The notes under the pieces were generated by a model. That model had not been told where the DNA came from, did no database searches, and saw only the letters and a program-made list of their open reading frames with translations. This document shows positions 37,685 to 47,289 of a stretch of DNA of 64,000 nucleotides, piece by piece. Origin of the DNA: a bacterium (GTDB lineage Bacteria > Patescibacteriota > Microgenomatia > UBA1400 > UBA12108); NCBI GenBank assembly GCA_021788365.1, contig JAJYKS010000002.1, forward strand, positions 96,521 to 160,520, read 5' to 3'. The position numbers and the translations under genes are program-made. Each line of letters starts with the position of its first letter. Position 1 is the first letter of the stretch.

Positions 37685-38663
37685 TTCCTACTTACTAGGT
37701 TTTGGAGGTCTCGTAGCATTTCTTGCGTTCAGTCATTTTTTTGTTATCGTTAAATATTTTCAACTCCTCATTCATCACACAATTTATTATTGCCAGACCA
37801 TGGCAAAAACATTGAACGTACAAATTCCAAGCGATGTAAGCCGTATATATATTGGTTTTTTGGTTCTTGCCGTGGCATATACCATTATTAAGATCGGCGT
37901 AGCGGTTATCAAAATATATACATTTAAAAAAACTTTGAGAAAAGTCACGACCCAATTCAGCGATACTTTCGACGATATATGTAATAGATTAGATCTTCGC
38001 AACAAAGTAATATTGCTTCACCAAACCACACCTCAGGCATTTTGCTTTGGTATTTTTAATCCCAAAATATATGTTTCGACTAGTCTTTTGGCAATGATGA
38101 GTGACAAAGAAGTGGAAATAATACTTAGGCATGAGCAATATCATCTGAACCATAAAGATTCACTGGTGTTTTTACTTGCGACCATTATTGAATCACTTTT
38201 TCCATTTTTTCCTGTTATTTCAGATTTCATTCGTGCATATAGGATGGATAGAGAAGTTCAGGCAGATACAACGGCTATTAAAGAATCGGGAGATAAACAC
38301 TCGCTTGCCGAAGTGTTAAAAAAATTACTTCAGTACGAGCCAGCAGTAAGTACCGCGTTTGTGGCAGGCATTATTTCGGAAGATGTGCTTGAAGCCCGAA
38401 TACGGTCTCTTTTATCACAGAAGCCAACTCGTCATAAGGCTTACTTCCGTAATATTATTTTTAGCGCCACTTCTTTGGTTATACTATTAGGTCTTATGGT
38501 AAGTCCTGTTAATGCCATTGAACTTCACGATTCGGGACGTGATGTGGTGATGGTATGTAATAGTACAGTGAATTGCGCCTCTGTTTGTCGCAAAGAAACG
38601 TTATTACAACTCCAAAGCCATACTCCCCGGTATTCTTCAAGTAATTTCAGTTCTCAAAATTGA
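37674..38663 (+). CDS. BlaR1-like M56 family membrane metalloprotease (signal transducer partner of BlaI/CopY)
   Basis: 329 aa multi-TM protein with an HExxH zinc motif (ILRHEQYHLNHKD). It overlaps the BlaI-like gene by 11 nt. Confidence 0.7.
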   Translation: MKPNSYLLGFGGLVAFLAFSHFFVIVKYFQLLIHHTIYYCQTMAKTLNVQIPSDVSRIYIGFLVLAVAYTIIKIGVAVIKIYTFKKTLRKVTTQFSDTFDDICNRLDLRNKVILLHQTTPQAFCFGIFNPKIYVSTSLLAMMSDKEVEIILRHEQYHLNHKDSLVFLLATIIESLFPFFPVISDFIRAYRMDREVQADTTAIKESGDKHSLAEVLKKLLQYEPAVSTAFVAGIISEDVLEARIRSLLSQKPTRHKAYFRNIIFSATSLVILLGLMVSPVNAIELHDSGRDVVMVCNSTVNCASVCRKETLLQLQSHTPRYSSSNFSSQN

Positions 38664-38718
38664 CATAGAAGGATACTGTTGACAGTCAGACATTATATCT
38701 ACTACACTGTGTAGTAAT

Positions 38719-39447
38719 ATGATAGAAAATAAATACGGTCCTTATGTCACTCCAGTATTGATAGGATTATTAATTATTGGAGCATTTTTCCTTGGTTCTC
38801 TTTGGACAAAAGTGCAATTTCTTGAAAAAAATGGATCAACTTCCTTGGCGGCCGCAGCTCCTGCTGCTCCACAAGGTAATCAACCTCAGGCTCCTGCTCC
38901 TGGTCAAAAATATTCTGTAGATGTTGGCCACTTTCCAATCAAAGGTAAAGGTGATGCCAAGGTAACCATTGTGGCATTTGAAGATTTTCGTTGCCCATTT
39001 TGTGAAAAAACCTTTACTAATACTGAACCGCAGATATTCAAAGATTATGTCGATACGGGCAAGGTGAAATTTGCCTATCGGCACTATCAATTTTTAGGAG
39101 CGCCCTCAGTGGTCGCTGGGAATGCGGCGGAGTGTGCGAATGAACAGAAAAAGTTTTGGGAGTACCACGATTATCTTTATAAAAACCAACCAAGCGAATC
39201 CGATACCTCAATGTATACAACCGATAGGATGACTGAAATAGCTGGTCAACTCGGCCTTGACGTCAGTCAATTCAAATCCTGCCTAAGCAGTACCAAATAT
39301 CAAAAAAATGTTGATCAGGACTTTGCCGATGGCCAAAAAGTTGGAGTCTCGGGCACTCCAACATTCTATATAAACGGAATTCAACTTGTTGGTGCCCAAC
39401 CATATAGCGCATTTAAAACAATTATTGATCAAGAATTGTCGAAATAG
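38719..39447 (+). CDS. DsbA-family thioredoxin-fold thiol:disulfide oxidoreductase, membrane-anchored
   Basis: 242 aa with an N-terminal TM segment and FEDFRCPFCEKTF (CPFC active site). Confidence 0.7.
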   Translation: MIENKYGPYVTPVLIGLLIIGAFFLGSLWTKVQFLEKNGSTSLAAAAPAAPQGNQPQAPAPGQKYSVDVGHFPIKGKGDAKVTIVAFEDFRCPFCEKTFTNTEPQIFKDYVDTGKVKFAYRHYQFLGAPSVVAGNAAECANEQKKFWEYHDYLYKNQPSESDTSMYTTDRMTEIAGQLGLDVSQFKSCLSSTKYQKNVDQDFADGQKVGVSGTPTFYINGIQLVGAQPYSAFKTIIDQELSK

Positions 39448-39988
39448 ACGCATATATGTTAGGGCAAAACTTTTTACGTATAAATTATATATAGCTAGTT
39501 TTGCCGTTGCCGCAATCTATATCATCCTCACCATTTACCTTATGAATTTTCGACTGGTGCGAGACACGATATTTGGTACCTATCCTCTCACGTACAAAAG
39601 TAGATTACTCACTGATCTGTTGGGTGGTATGTGGACGTCAATGACGGGGAAAGGGCTAGTATTACTTGTGACAACCTCTATACTTACCGGAGTCGATTTA
39701 TCACTTCTTGTAAGTCGCCTAAAGGAATTAAAACGCCAAGGGAAAACACGTTTGGTTGTAGGCGGCAGTTCTTTTCTTGGGATTATTGGCAGTGGATGTG
39801 CAGCCTGTGGGTTGCCAGTTCTGGCTCTCCTGGGACTTAGCGGCAGTGTTGCATTCCTACCTTTAAGGGGAATGGAGCTGTCATATTTTTCGGTTTTGCT
39901 TCTGCTCATGTCATTTTTAGTTTTAACGAGAACTAACACTCAACAATCCTGTACGATTAAAAATAGAAATATACATACAAATGAATAA
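39386..39988 (+). CDS. Multi-TM membrane protein with a CAAC motif; possible redox partner of the DsbA-like protein. Start uncertain (likely the internal Met near 39541)
   Basis: Hydrophobic helices and GIIGSGCAACGLPVLALLGL. The ORF-track start overlaps the upstream gene. Confidence 0.3.
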   Translation: MLVPNHIAHLKQLLIKNCRNRRIYVRAKLFTYKLYIASFAVAAIYIILTIYLMNFRLVRDTIFGTYPLTYKSRLLTDLLGGMWTSMTGKGLVLLVTTSILTGVDLSLLVSRLKELKRQGKTRLVVGGSSFLGIIGSGCAACGLPVLALLGLSGSVAFLPLRGMELSYFSVLLLLMSFLVLTRTNTQQSCTIKNRNIHTNE

Positions 39989-40277
39989 AGAATTTTTACA
40001 AAAAAACAGATATATCATTTTTGTCTTGATTGCTGTCATTCTGGGTATTATTTTTTTCCGGATAAATAATGCAAAAAATCGTACGGCATTGAAGAGCGCT
40101 CCAGCAGAGTTATCCATTTCTGGCATAAACGAAACTGCTCTTAAGGCAATGGAGGCGATTCCACAAGATAATGTACCACAAACAATAGAGAGACAAGGTC
40201 TTCAGGAATTGCTATCTAAAAGGAAAGTGGATGTTGCATTGTCATATACCCCACCACACAACGAACGAACACGTTGA
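39981..40277 (+). CDS. Small membrane-anchored hypothetical protein
   Basis: 98 aa with an N-terminal TM segment (YIIFVLIAVILGIIFF). Confidence 0.25.
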   Translation: MNKEFLQKNRYIIFVLIAVILGIIFFRINNAKNRTALKSAPAELSISGINETALKAMEAIPQDNVPQTIERQGLQELLSKRKVDVALSYTPPHNERTR

Positions 40278-40339
40278 ACCAGGAGGACTTATGATGATGA
40301 TCGACGTGACATATTAAAAATTATTAAGGAGGTGAAAAT

Positions 40340-40732
40340 ATGAACAATAAAACATTAGTAATAATTTTAGTCGTTATGGGTATTGCAGTTGCTTACTTAG
40401 GATGGAAATCAAGTTCCATCGGCGACTCATGGACTTCTGGCGGAATATCACTATCAACAGATCCAAACCCGTTACGACCAGGGAGAGCGACCTTTATGAT
40501 CGATGTGAAGGACAAGAATGGAAAACCCGTCGACAATGCGACCGTCTCCTTTGATTTAAATATGACTACAATGAACATGGGAACTCAAAGAGGAGATGCT
40601 ACATCACAGGGGAATGGGAGGTATGCTGCAGTTGGTTCCATGTCAATGAGAGGTCCATGGCGAGTGAGAACAAGCGTCAAAATGCCCGATGGAAGCACGG
40701 AAAATAAGGACTTTACGGTTGATGTTCCTTAA
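40340..40732 (+). CDS. FixH/YtkA-like Ig-fold protein (putative copper-binding)
   Basis: 130 aa with an N-terminal TM segment. Pattern RPGRATFMIDVKDKNGKPVDNATVSFDLNMTTMNMG...GNGRYAAVGSMSMRGPWRVRTSV is typical of FixH/YtkA family proteins. An RBS (ggaggtg) lies upstream. Confidence 0.5.
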   Translation: MNNKTLVIILVVMGIAVAYLGWKSSSIGDSWTSGGISLSTDPNPLRPGRATFMIDVKDKNGKPVDNATVSFDLNMTTMNMGTQRGDATSQGNGRYAAVGSMSMRGPWRVRTSVKMPDGSTENKDFTVDVP

Positions 40733-40782
40733 CATCTTTATGGGGGAATATCCGGAACTAATGATATCCTCACGATTTCTTC

Positions 40783-41469
40783 ATGTATGAATTGTTAGAC
40801 TGCAGATATATGTATGACTATGGAAACTGGTTGCTTGTATTCCTAAATATCGGAATATTTCTCTATTTTCTGAAAAGCTCATTTAAACCCAGAACAAAAA
40901 CTGACTGGCGGACATATCATTCCTTTGGAGCATTTATTGTGGCTCTTTTTGCCGAGATGTATGGTTTTCCTCTAACTATCTATGTATTAACAGCTTTATT
41001 TGGAAAAAGGCTCGGCCTTGATTTTACCCATGATAACGGACATTTACTTAATACCCTGTTGGGAATAAAGGGTAATCCTCACTTTAGTGCACTTCATATT
41101 ATCAGTTATGGCCTCATAATTGGCGGCTTTTCGCTTCTGGCTAATGCTTGGGAAGTCTTATATACAGCTCAGAAAAGACATCGCTTAGCCACTTCCGGAA
41201 TTTATACATATATTCGTCATCCTCAATACTTGGCATTTACACTCATTATCTTTGGATTTCTCGCACAATGGCCTACGCTTATCACGCTCTTAATGGCTCC
41301 GATTCTGATTTGGAGATATGTCCGTCTTGCAAGGCTTGAAGAGGTGGAGATGCGCACTCAATTTGGCATTTCCTACATTCGATATCAAAAACACACAGCA
41401 GCGTTTATTCCATCGATTAAGCAGATTCTGCAAAAAAATTCACGTAAGCTAATTCCGGCAAGTAATTAA
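40783..41469 (+). CDS. Isoprenylcysteine carboxyl methyltransferase (ICMT/PEMT) family membrane protein
   Basis: 228 aa with GIYTYIRHPQYLAFTLIIFG and a C-terminal E..E motif (LEEVEMRTQFG). Confidence 0.6.
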   Translation: MYELLDCRYMYDYGNWLLVFLNIGIFLYFLKSSFKPRTKTDWRTYHSFGAFIVALFAEMYGFPLTIYVLTALFGKRLGLDFTHDNGHLLNTLLGIKGNPHFSALHIISYGLIIGGFSLLANAWEVLYTAQKRHRLATSGIYTYIRHPQYLAFTLIIFGFLAQWPTLITLLMAPILIWRYVRLARLEEVEMRTQFGISYIRYQKHTAAFIPSIKQILQKNSRKLIPASN

Positions 41470-41481
41470 ACACAGGAGTTT

Positions 41482-41970
41482 ATGAATAAAGAACCCATAC
41501 GTGCAAGTGTCGCAACCCTTGCCATTCAGCTCGTCAGTCTGCTTATTTTTACTGATCTTGTGTATAGCATCATAAATTTCTTTTTGATGAAAGTATATTT
41601 TTTACAAGGTGTTTTACCCTTTGATACCCATCGCTACATCGTTTTTATCCTTGCAGCTCTTCATATTGGCAAAAGTATTTTTCAGGTGATTTTTGTGTTG
41701 AAATTCGTGATGAAATGGATTAGTGAATCGTATTTCATTGCCGAAGCACATCTGGTTAAAAGAAGCGGTATTATGAATATGATTGAGAAAACGTATGATC
41801 TGGATAACGTCAGGTCCATTACAGTCAATCAGAGTGTACTGGGAAAACTTTTTCACTTCGGCGATGTCCTTATTGAAACAAGTGCTTCCGGTGGATATAT
41901 GGATCAAATAATTCTTGCTGGAGTATCTAATCCCGAGCAATTTGAGCATAAAATCGGACGACATTTTTAG
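41482..41970 (+). CDS. Membrane protein with a bacterial PH (bPH_2/YdbS-like) domain
   Basis: 162 aa with two N-terminal TM segments followed by the YdbS-like pattern (EAHLVKRSGIMNMIEKTYDLDNVRSITVNQSVLGKLFHFGDVLIETS). Confidence 0.45.
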   Translation: MNKEPIRASVATLAIQLVSLLIFTDLVYSIINFFLMKVYFLQGVLPFDTHRYIVFILAALHIGKSIFQVIFVLKFVMKWISESYFIAEAHLVKRSGIMNMIEKTYDLDNVRSITVNQSVLGKLFHFGDVLIETSASGGYMDQIILAGVSNPEQFEHKIGRHF

Positions 41971-42008
41971 TTTGCCAACGTACTCAAAGAGGCTCATAAT
42001 GAAATGAT

Positions 42009-44243
42009 ATGAAACACATGAATATGACAATGTATACCTGTTCAATGCATCCGGAAGTAATGAAAGAATCTCCTGGAACGTGTCCAAAATGCGGCATGAC
42101 GCTGATACCTACTGAGATGAGCCACGAGCCAACAGATTTTTCCACTCGTTCTGAGCATGCCTCTCATACGATGAAGTCAACAGCAGAAATGACTTTTTGG
42201 GCAAAGCTCAAAATGAGCATGACGATGACCATGGGTATGGATCACACCGGTCTTGCAGGTCGTGAAATGGCAAAACTCATGGAAGAGGACATTCGGAATA
42301 AATTCTTTTTTGCACTTCTTTTAACGATACCGATTTTGGTGTATTCCATGGGAAGGACGATGTTTGGTTGGAGCCTGCCATCTCCTTTGCCTTACTCATG
42401 GATACTCTTTATTCTTACAACACCAGTATTTTTCTACAGTGGTTGGTTATTTTTGTATTCTTCCTTTTTTGAGCTAAAGACGCTCCGTCTTGGTATGTCA
42501 GTCCTCATCGCGGTCGGTATTTCGGCTGCATATGGGTTTAGTGTAGTCTTAACACTCCTAGGAAGTAACGACTCCTATTACGAAGCAGCCGCCATGTTGA
42601 TCACCTTTGTCCTCTTTGGCCACTGGATGGAAATGAAATCGCGGCGTGGAACCACTGATGCACTTCAGGCACTTTTTAATATCGTTCCGCCACAAGCGAG
42701 GCTTTGGAAAAATGGAGTTGAATCAACGGTTCCTACAGCAAGTATAGTTCTAGGCGATATTCTCATTTTAAAGCCAGGCGACAAAGTGCCGGTTGATGGT
42801 GAAATTTTCGAGGGAGAGACAGCAATAGATGAATCTCTCGTTACGGGTGAATCGCTCCCTGTTGCAAAATCTGTCGGAAACTCCGTTATTGGCGGATCAA
42901 TTAATACATCTGGATCGGTAAAATTCAAAGCTACAAAAGTTGGTGGTGACACAGCTCTTGCCCAAATTGTAAAAATGGTTGAGACTGCTCAAAATTCCAA
43001 AGCTCCGGGACAAAAAATTGCCGATCAATTTGCGAAATATCTGGTCATTGTTGCAGTTGGTGGTGGATTATTAACGTTTGGCATTTGGTTTTTTGTCATG
43101 GGTCAACCGTTACTCTTTGCGCTTACCTTTGCTATTTCCACCGTTGTTATTGCCTGTCCTGATGCTTTGGGTCTTGCGACTCCGACAGCGGTAGCTGTGG
43201 GAACAGGATTGGGAGCAAAACACAACATCCTTATCAAAGACGCTCCGACACTTGAGCAGGTCTCAAAGATTCAATCAGTCGTTTTGGATAAAACGGGAAC
43301 ACTAACCGAAGGAAAACCCCGTATAACCGATGTGGTAGCGGCAAATGGATTTACCGAAGACCAGATTATCGAGCTTGATAGTGCAGCCGAGGCAAAATCT
43401 TCTCACCCTTTAAGCATGGCAGTGCTTGAGGAAGCAAAACGCAGAAATCTTACGGTACCGACTCAGGTGGAAAAATTTAACAATCTCGCCGGTCACGGAG
43501 TTGAGGCGGTAGTAAATGGCAAACATATTCTTGTAGGGACAACGAAACTAATGAATGACTGGAAAGTAGATATGACGCCGATTCAATCAGATATAGAGCG
43601 ACTTCTTACTGAGGGAAAAACAATAATGATTTTGGCAGTAGATAAAAAAATCGCTGGTGTTGCAGCGGCATCCGATCCAATAAAAACAAATGCTAAAGTG
43701 GCAATCAACCGTATGAAAGAAATGGGTCTTGAAGTTGCGATGATTACCGGTGATAACAAAAAGACCGCTGAAGCAATTGGGAAAGAGCTTGGAATCAATA
43801 GAATTTTCTCTGAAGTATTGCCTGAGGATAAAGCGTCATATGTCAAAAAGTTACAGTCAGAGGGTAAGTTTACTGCCATGGTCGGCGACGGCGTCAATGA
43901 CGCTCCGGCTCTTGCACAGGCCGATATTGGCATTGCTATAGGAGCAGGAACCGATGTTGCCATCGAAACCGCCAAAGTCGTGCTGATGAAATCAGATCCT
44001 GCAGATATTTTACGTGCCATACGCTTATCAAAAGCAACAGTCAGAAAAATGAAAGAAAATCTTGTCTGGGCAAGTATGTATAATCTGTTGGCTATTCCAA
44101 TAGCTGCTGGGGTACTGTATCCTCGATTTGGTATCACTCTCCGCCCGGAGTTTTCAGCCCTATTAATGAGCATTTCCTCAATTATTGTTGCCACTAACGC
44201 AGTATTATTAAAGCGTGCGGAAAAGAGCTTAATCACTGTATAA
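42009..44243 (+). CDS. Heavy-metal P1B-type ATPase with an N-terminal YHS/TRASH-like Cys domain and a non-canonical CPD motif
   Basis: 744 aa. N-terminus YTCSMHPEV...CPKCGM and a Met-rich stretch (MSMTMTMGMDH). TM6 is IACPDALGLATP. DKTGTLT and GDGVNDAP motifs are present. Confidence 0.85.
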   Translation: MKHMNMTMYTCSMHPEVMKESPGTCPKCGMTLIPTEMSHEPTDFSTRSEHASHTMKSTAEMTFWAKLKMSMTMTMGMDHTGLAGREMAKLMEEDIRNKFFFALLLTIPILVYSMGRTMFGWSLPSPLPYSWILFILTTPVFFYSGWLFLYSSFFELKTLRLGMSVLIAVGISAAYGFSVVLTLLGSNDSYYEAAAMLITFVLFGHWMEMKSRRGTTDALQALFNIVPPQARLWKNGVESTVPTASIVLGDILILKPGDKVPVDGEIFEGETAIDESLVTGESLPVAKSVGNSVIGGSINTSGSVKFKATKVGGDTALAQIVKMVETAQNSKAPGQKIADQFAKYLVIVAVGGGLLTFGIWFFVMGQPLLFALTFAISTVVIACPDALGLATPTAVAVGTGLGAKHNILIKDAPTLEQVSKIQSVVLDKTGTLTEGKPRITDVVAANGFTEDQIIELDSAAEAKSSHPLSMAVLEEAKRRNLTVPTQVEKFNNLAGHGVEAVVNGKHILVGTTKLMNDWKVDMTPIQSDIERLLTEGKTIMILAVDKKIAGVAAASDPIKTNAKVAINRMKEMGLEVAMITGDNKKTAEAIGKELGINRIFSEVLPEDKASYVKKLQSEGKFTAMVGDGVNDAPALAQADIGIAIGAGTDVAIETAKVVLMKSDPADILRAIRLSKATVRKMKENLVWASMYNLLAIPIAAGVLYPRFGITLRPEFSALLMSISSIIVATNAVLLKRAEKSLITV

Positions 44244-44252
44244 TGATGGTAT

Positions 44253-44732
44253 ATGTTTCTGATAGTTTTTGGTGCTAAGTATCTTTATATAGTAGTTGGC
44301 TTGATTGCTATCACAGTATTTTTTTTATCGAGTATTCAGATAAAAAATAAACTACTATTACTTGCCGCTGTGGTTTTCCCAATTAGTTATCTTTTATCAA
44401 AACTGTTTGGATATTTCATACAAAGTCCACGCCCTTTTATTGTCAGCCATATAAAACCACTTATTGATGCGTCAAATGACAACGGCTTCCCCTCCGACCA
44501 TACACTATTAGCTATGGCAGTTGCTTCAGTGATTTTTGTGTATAATCGAAAAGTTGGAAGTCTATTAATATTACTAGCTATCCTTGTTGGATTATCGAGA
44601 GTATTAGTGGGTGTTCACCATCCTATTGATGTTATAGGGAGTATTGTCATCGCAATATTCACGACATATATAGTATATACATATCCTTTTAAGGATTTGG
44701 GAAAGAAAATACAGGTAAATAAAAAATTATGA
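44253..44732 (+). CDS. PAP2-family membrane phosphatase
   Basis: 159 aa with PAP2 motifs PSDHT and SRVLVGVHHPIDV. Confidence 0.65.
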   Translation: MFLIVFGAKYLYIVVGLIAITVFFLSSIQIKNKLLLLAAVVFPISYLLSKLFGYFIQSPRPFIVSHIKPLIDASNDNGFPSDHTLLAMAVASVIFVYNRKVGSLLILLAILVGLSRVLVGVHHPIDVIGSIVIAIFTTYIVYTYPFKDLGKKIQVNKKL

Positions 44733-45325
44733 AGTTGCTTAAAATATCATTGCTCCTGCTAAGCTTTATTGCGCTCTTTTTTGGACACAGTCCGTTAGTC
44801 TACGCACAAGTGATGATGGGGCGATTTACTTCTCCTAATCCTTCAGAGCCTTCTTCTATATCTTCAACAGTAAAAGATGAGGCAGATGGAAAAGTCATAT
44901 ATGAGCTACTACAGTCCAAACAAAAATCATGCAAAGATCTCTCTGATGATGACTTTGATGTCTTAGGTGACTACTTTATGAGTCAGCGGGTAGGGAATAC
45001 CCAAACGCATGACTCAATGAATACCATGATGGGAAACATGATGGGCGAAGACGGCGAGAAACAGATGCACATTTCACTGGGTAAACGCTTGAGCGGCTGT
45101 ATTGCGGATGCACCTCTTCCAGCTCAAGGCACAAACTTTTTGCCAATGATGGGACTTGGCGGAATGATGAACGGTGGCATAAACAACTGGGGTGATCGGA
45201 GTTCTATGATGGGTTTTGGTTCATCTGGTTCACTCTTAGAATCTGTCATATTAATTCTGGTTGTCATCTTCCTTGTTTTGGGAATTATCTATTTCTGGAA
45301 AGAAATCAATCGAAAAAAGAAGTAG
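44729..45325 (+). CDS. Met-rich secreted protein with a C-terminal TM anchor (putative Cu-binding)
   Basis: 198 aa with a signal peptide, repeated Met motifs (MMGNMMGEDGE, MMGLGGMMNGG, MMGFG) and a C-terminal hydrophobic helix. Confidence 0.45.
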   Translation: MKLLKISLLLLSFIALFFGHSPLVYAQVMMGRFTSPNPSEPSSISSTVKDEADGKVIYELLQSKQKSCKDLSDDDFDVLGDYFMSQRVGNTQTHDSMNTMMGNMMGEDGEKQMHISLGKRLSGCIADAPLPAQGTNFLPMMGLGGMMNGGINNWGDRSSMMGFGSSGSLLESVILILVVIFLVLGIIYFWKEINRKKK

Positions 45326-45367
45326 TGTGCCTTATTTCATGAAGTCGCAATATCGTACAATATAGAC

Positions 45368-47263
45368 ATGCTCATCATAGAAATTTTTAAAGAAACCAAG
45401 TTTAGGCGCTTAGTTGCAACCCTTCTTCTTATTATTCCACTTGAAATTTTATCTCTTTTTTCAATCCATTTACCGAAATTTGTGGAGTACCCGTTATTTG
45501 CCGCAGTCATTTTTATCTATGGTAAAGACGTCATTCTTGGTGGTTTGCATAGTTTGATTCGGCTCAAATTTTCCAACATTAACCTTCTCATGACTATCTC
45601 CACTTTTGGTGCCCTCTTTTTAGGAGAGCTCGAGGAAGCAGCTATCATTATTGTTCTCTTTGCCATCAGTGAGGCGCTTGAGGAATTTGGCATTACCAAA
45701 AGTCAGAATGCCCTTGAAGAGCTAGTAGAACAGACTCCCAAAACAGCTTTATTGAAAGGACAGGAAACCAAAACATCAATAGAAAATATCTCATTCGATG
45801 ATGTTGTGATTGTCAAACCTGGAGACTATATTCCTCTGGACGGCATTGTAGTTAAAGGTAAGTCTTTGGTGGACGAGAGCAGTATTACCGGCGAACCGCT
45901 TCCTAAGAGTAAATATAGTGGTGAAGTGGTATATGCCGGAACTCTTAATAGTCAAGGCTACTTGGAAATTAAGGTCACCAAAACCTCAAAGGATTCTACG
46001 TTAGCCAAAATTGTTGATCTGACATTTCAAGCTGCCGAAAGAAAGTCTCAGGCCGCTACGTTCATTGAAAAATTTGCTTCATATTACACTCCTGCTGTCC
46101 TGGTTGTTGCAGCCTTGTTGGTTGTTATACCGGTAGTATTTTTTGCTCAGCCATTTACTCCCTGGTTTACCCAAAGCCTGACTCTACTTCTTATCGCCTG
46201 TCCGTGTGCTCTGGTTATATCTACTCCAATTACAATATTTTCCGCTATCGGGAATGCAACAAGACGGGGTGTTCTTATCAAAGGAGGTCAATTTTTAGAG
46301 GAAATGGGAAGAATAAAGGCAATCGCCTTTGACAAAACACGAACATTAACAAAAGGAGAACCTGTGGTTTCTGATGTCATACCGTTAAACGGATATTCCA
46401 AAGGGGAGCTACTGGCATGCGTAGCTGGCGCAGAAGCATTCTCCGAACACCCGATTGCCAAAAGCATTATTGACATCTCTAAGAATTTTCCGGATATCAA
46501 AGACCATCAGTACGCCAACTTTAAAGCTATTATAGGAAAGGGTATCACCGGTGAATGTATGGTCTGCGTAGATAAACATCACTGCATCGGCACGTTACAG
46601 TTCGTGATGGAAGAGCACAAAGTAGATGAGCGCGTCATAAAAATTGTTGAGGAATTTGAAAAAGAAGGCAAAACGACCATAATTGTCAGCGACGATAAAA
46701 AGCTTGAAGGTATTATTGGGATTGTTGATGAGATCAGATCGGAAAGCACATCTGCAATAAAAGAATTACATACGCTTGGACTTAAAACTGCAATCCTAAC
46801 CGGAGATAATGCATCGGCGGCTTCATATGTGGCAAACGCAGTTAATATAGATGAAGTTCATGCGAAGCTCTTGCCTGATGAAAAAGTTATCCAACTGAAA
46901 AATTTAGTTACGAAATACAAAGATGTGGCAATGGTCGGTGATGGAGTAAATGATGCTCCGTCACTCTCTACTGCATCTGTTGGAATAGCTATGGGGGCTA
47001 TTGGCTCCGAAGTAGCAGTTGAAAACGCCGACATAGCGCTTATGAACAATAACCTAAATCTCATTCCGTTTCTGGTAAAATTAGGCCGAGCTTCCGGTAA
47101 TACCATCCGAATGAATGTCTCTCTGGCCATAGCAGTTAAAGCTGTTTTTCTTTTATTGGCGCTCTTAGGGAAAAGTAATCTGGCTTTGGCTATATTCGCA
47201 GATGTAGGTGTTGCCGTGATCGTTGTTATAAACGGTTTAAGTCTCTTGAATTATTCCCCATAA
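45368..47263 (+). CDS. Heavy-metal P1B-type ATPase (CPC; Zn/Cd/Pb-type core without an N-terminal HMA)
   Basis: 631 aa. TM6 is IACPCALVISTP. DKTRTLT replaces the canonical DKTGTLT (an unusual Arg). GDGVNDAP is present. Confidence 0.85.
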   Translation: MLIIEIFKETKFRRLVATLLLIIPLEILSLFSIHLPKFVEYPLFAAVIFIYGKDVILGGLHSLIRLKFSNINLLMTISTFGALFLGELEEAAIIIVLFAISEALEEFGITKSQNALEELVEQTPKTALLKGQETKTSIENISFDDVVIVKPGDYIPLDGIVVKGKSLVDESSITGEPLPKSKYSGEVVYAGTLNSQGYLEIKVTKTSKDSTLAKIVDLTFQAAERKSQAATFIEKFASYYTPAVLVVAALLVVIPVVFFAQPFTPWFTQSLTLLLIACPCALVISTPITIFSAIGNATRRGVLIKGGQFLEEMGRIKAIAFDKTRTLTKGEPVVSDVIPLNGYSKGELLACVAGAEAFSEHPIAKSIIDISKNFPDIKDHQYANFKAIIGKGITGECMVCVDKHHCIGTLQFVMEEHKVDERVIKIVEEFEKEGKTTIIVSDDKKLEGIIGIVDEIRSESTSAIKELHTLGLKTAILTGDNASAASYVANAVNIDEVHAKLLPDEKVIQLKNLVTKYKDVAMVGDGVNDAPSLSTASVGIAMGAIGSEVAVENADIALMNNNLNLIPFLVKLGRASGNTIRMNVSLAIAVKAVFLLLALLGKSNLALAIFADVGVAVIVVINGLSLLNYSP

Positions 47264-47289
47264 TCTTCATAAAATCTTAATATCTGTTT

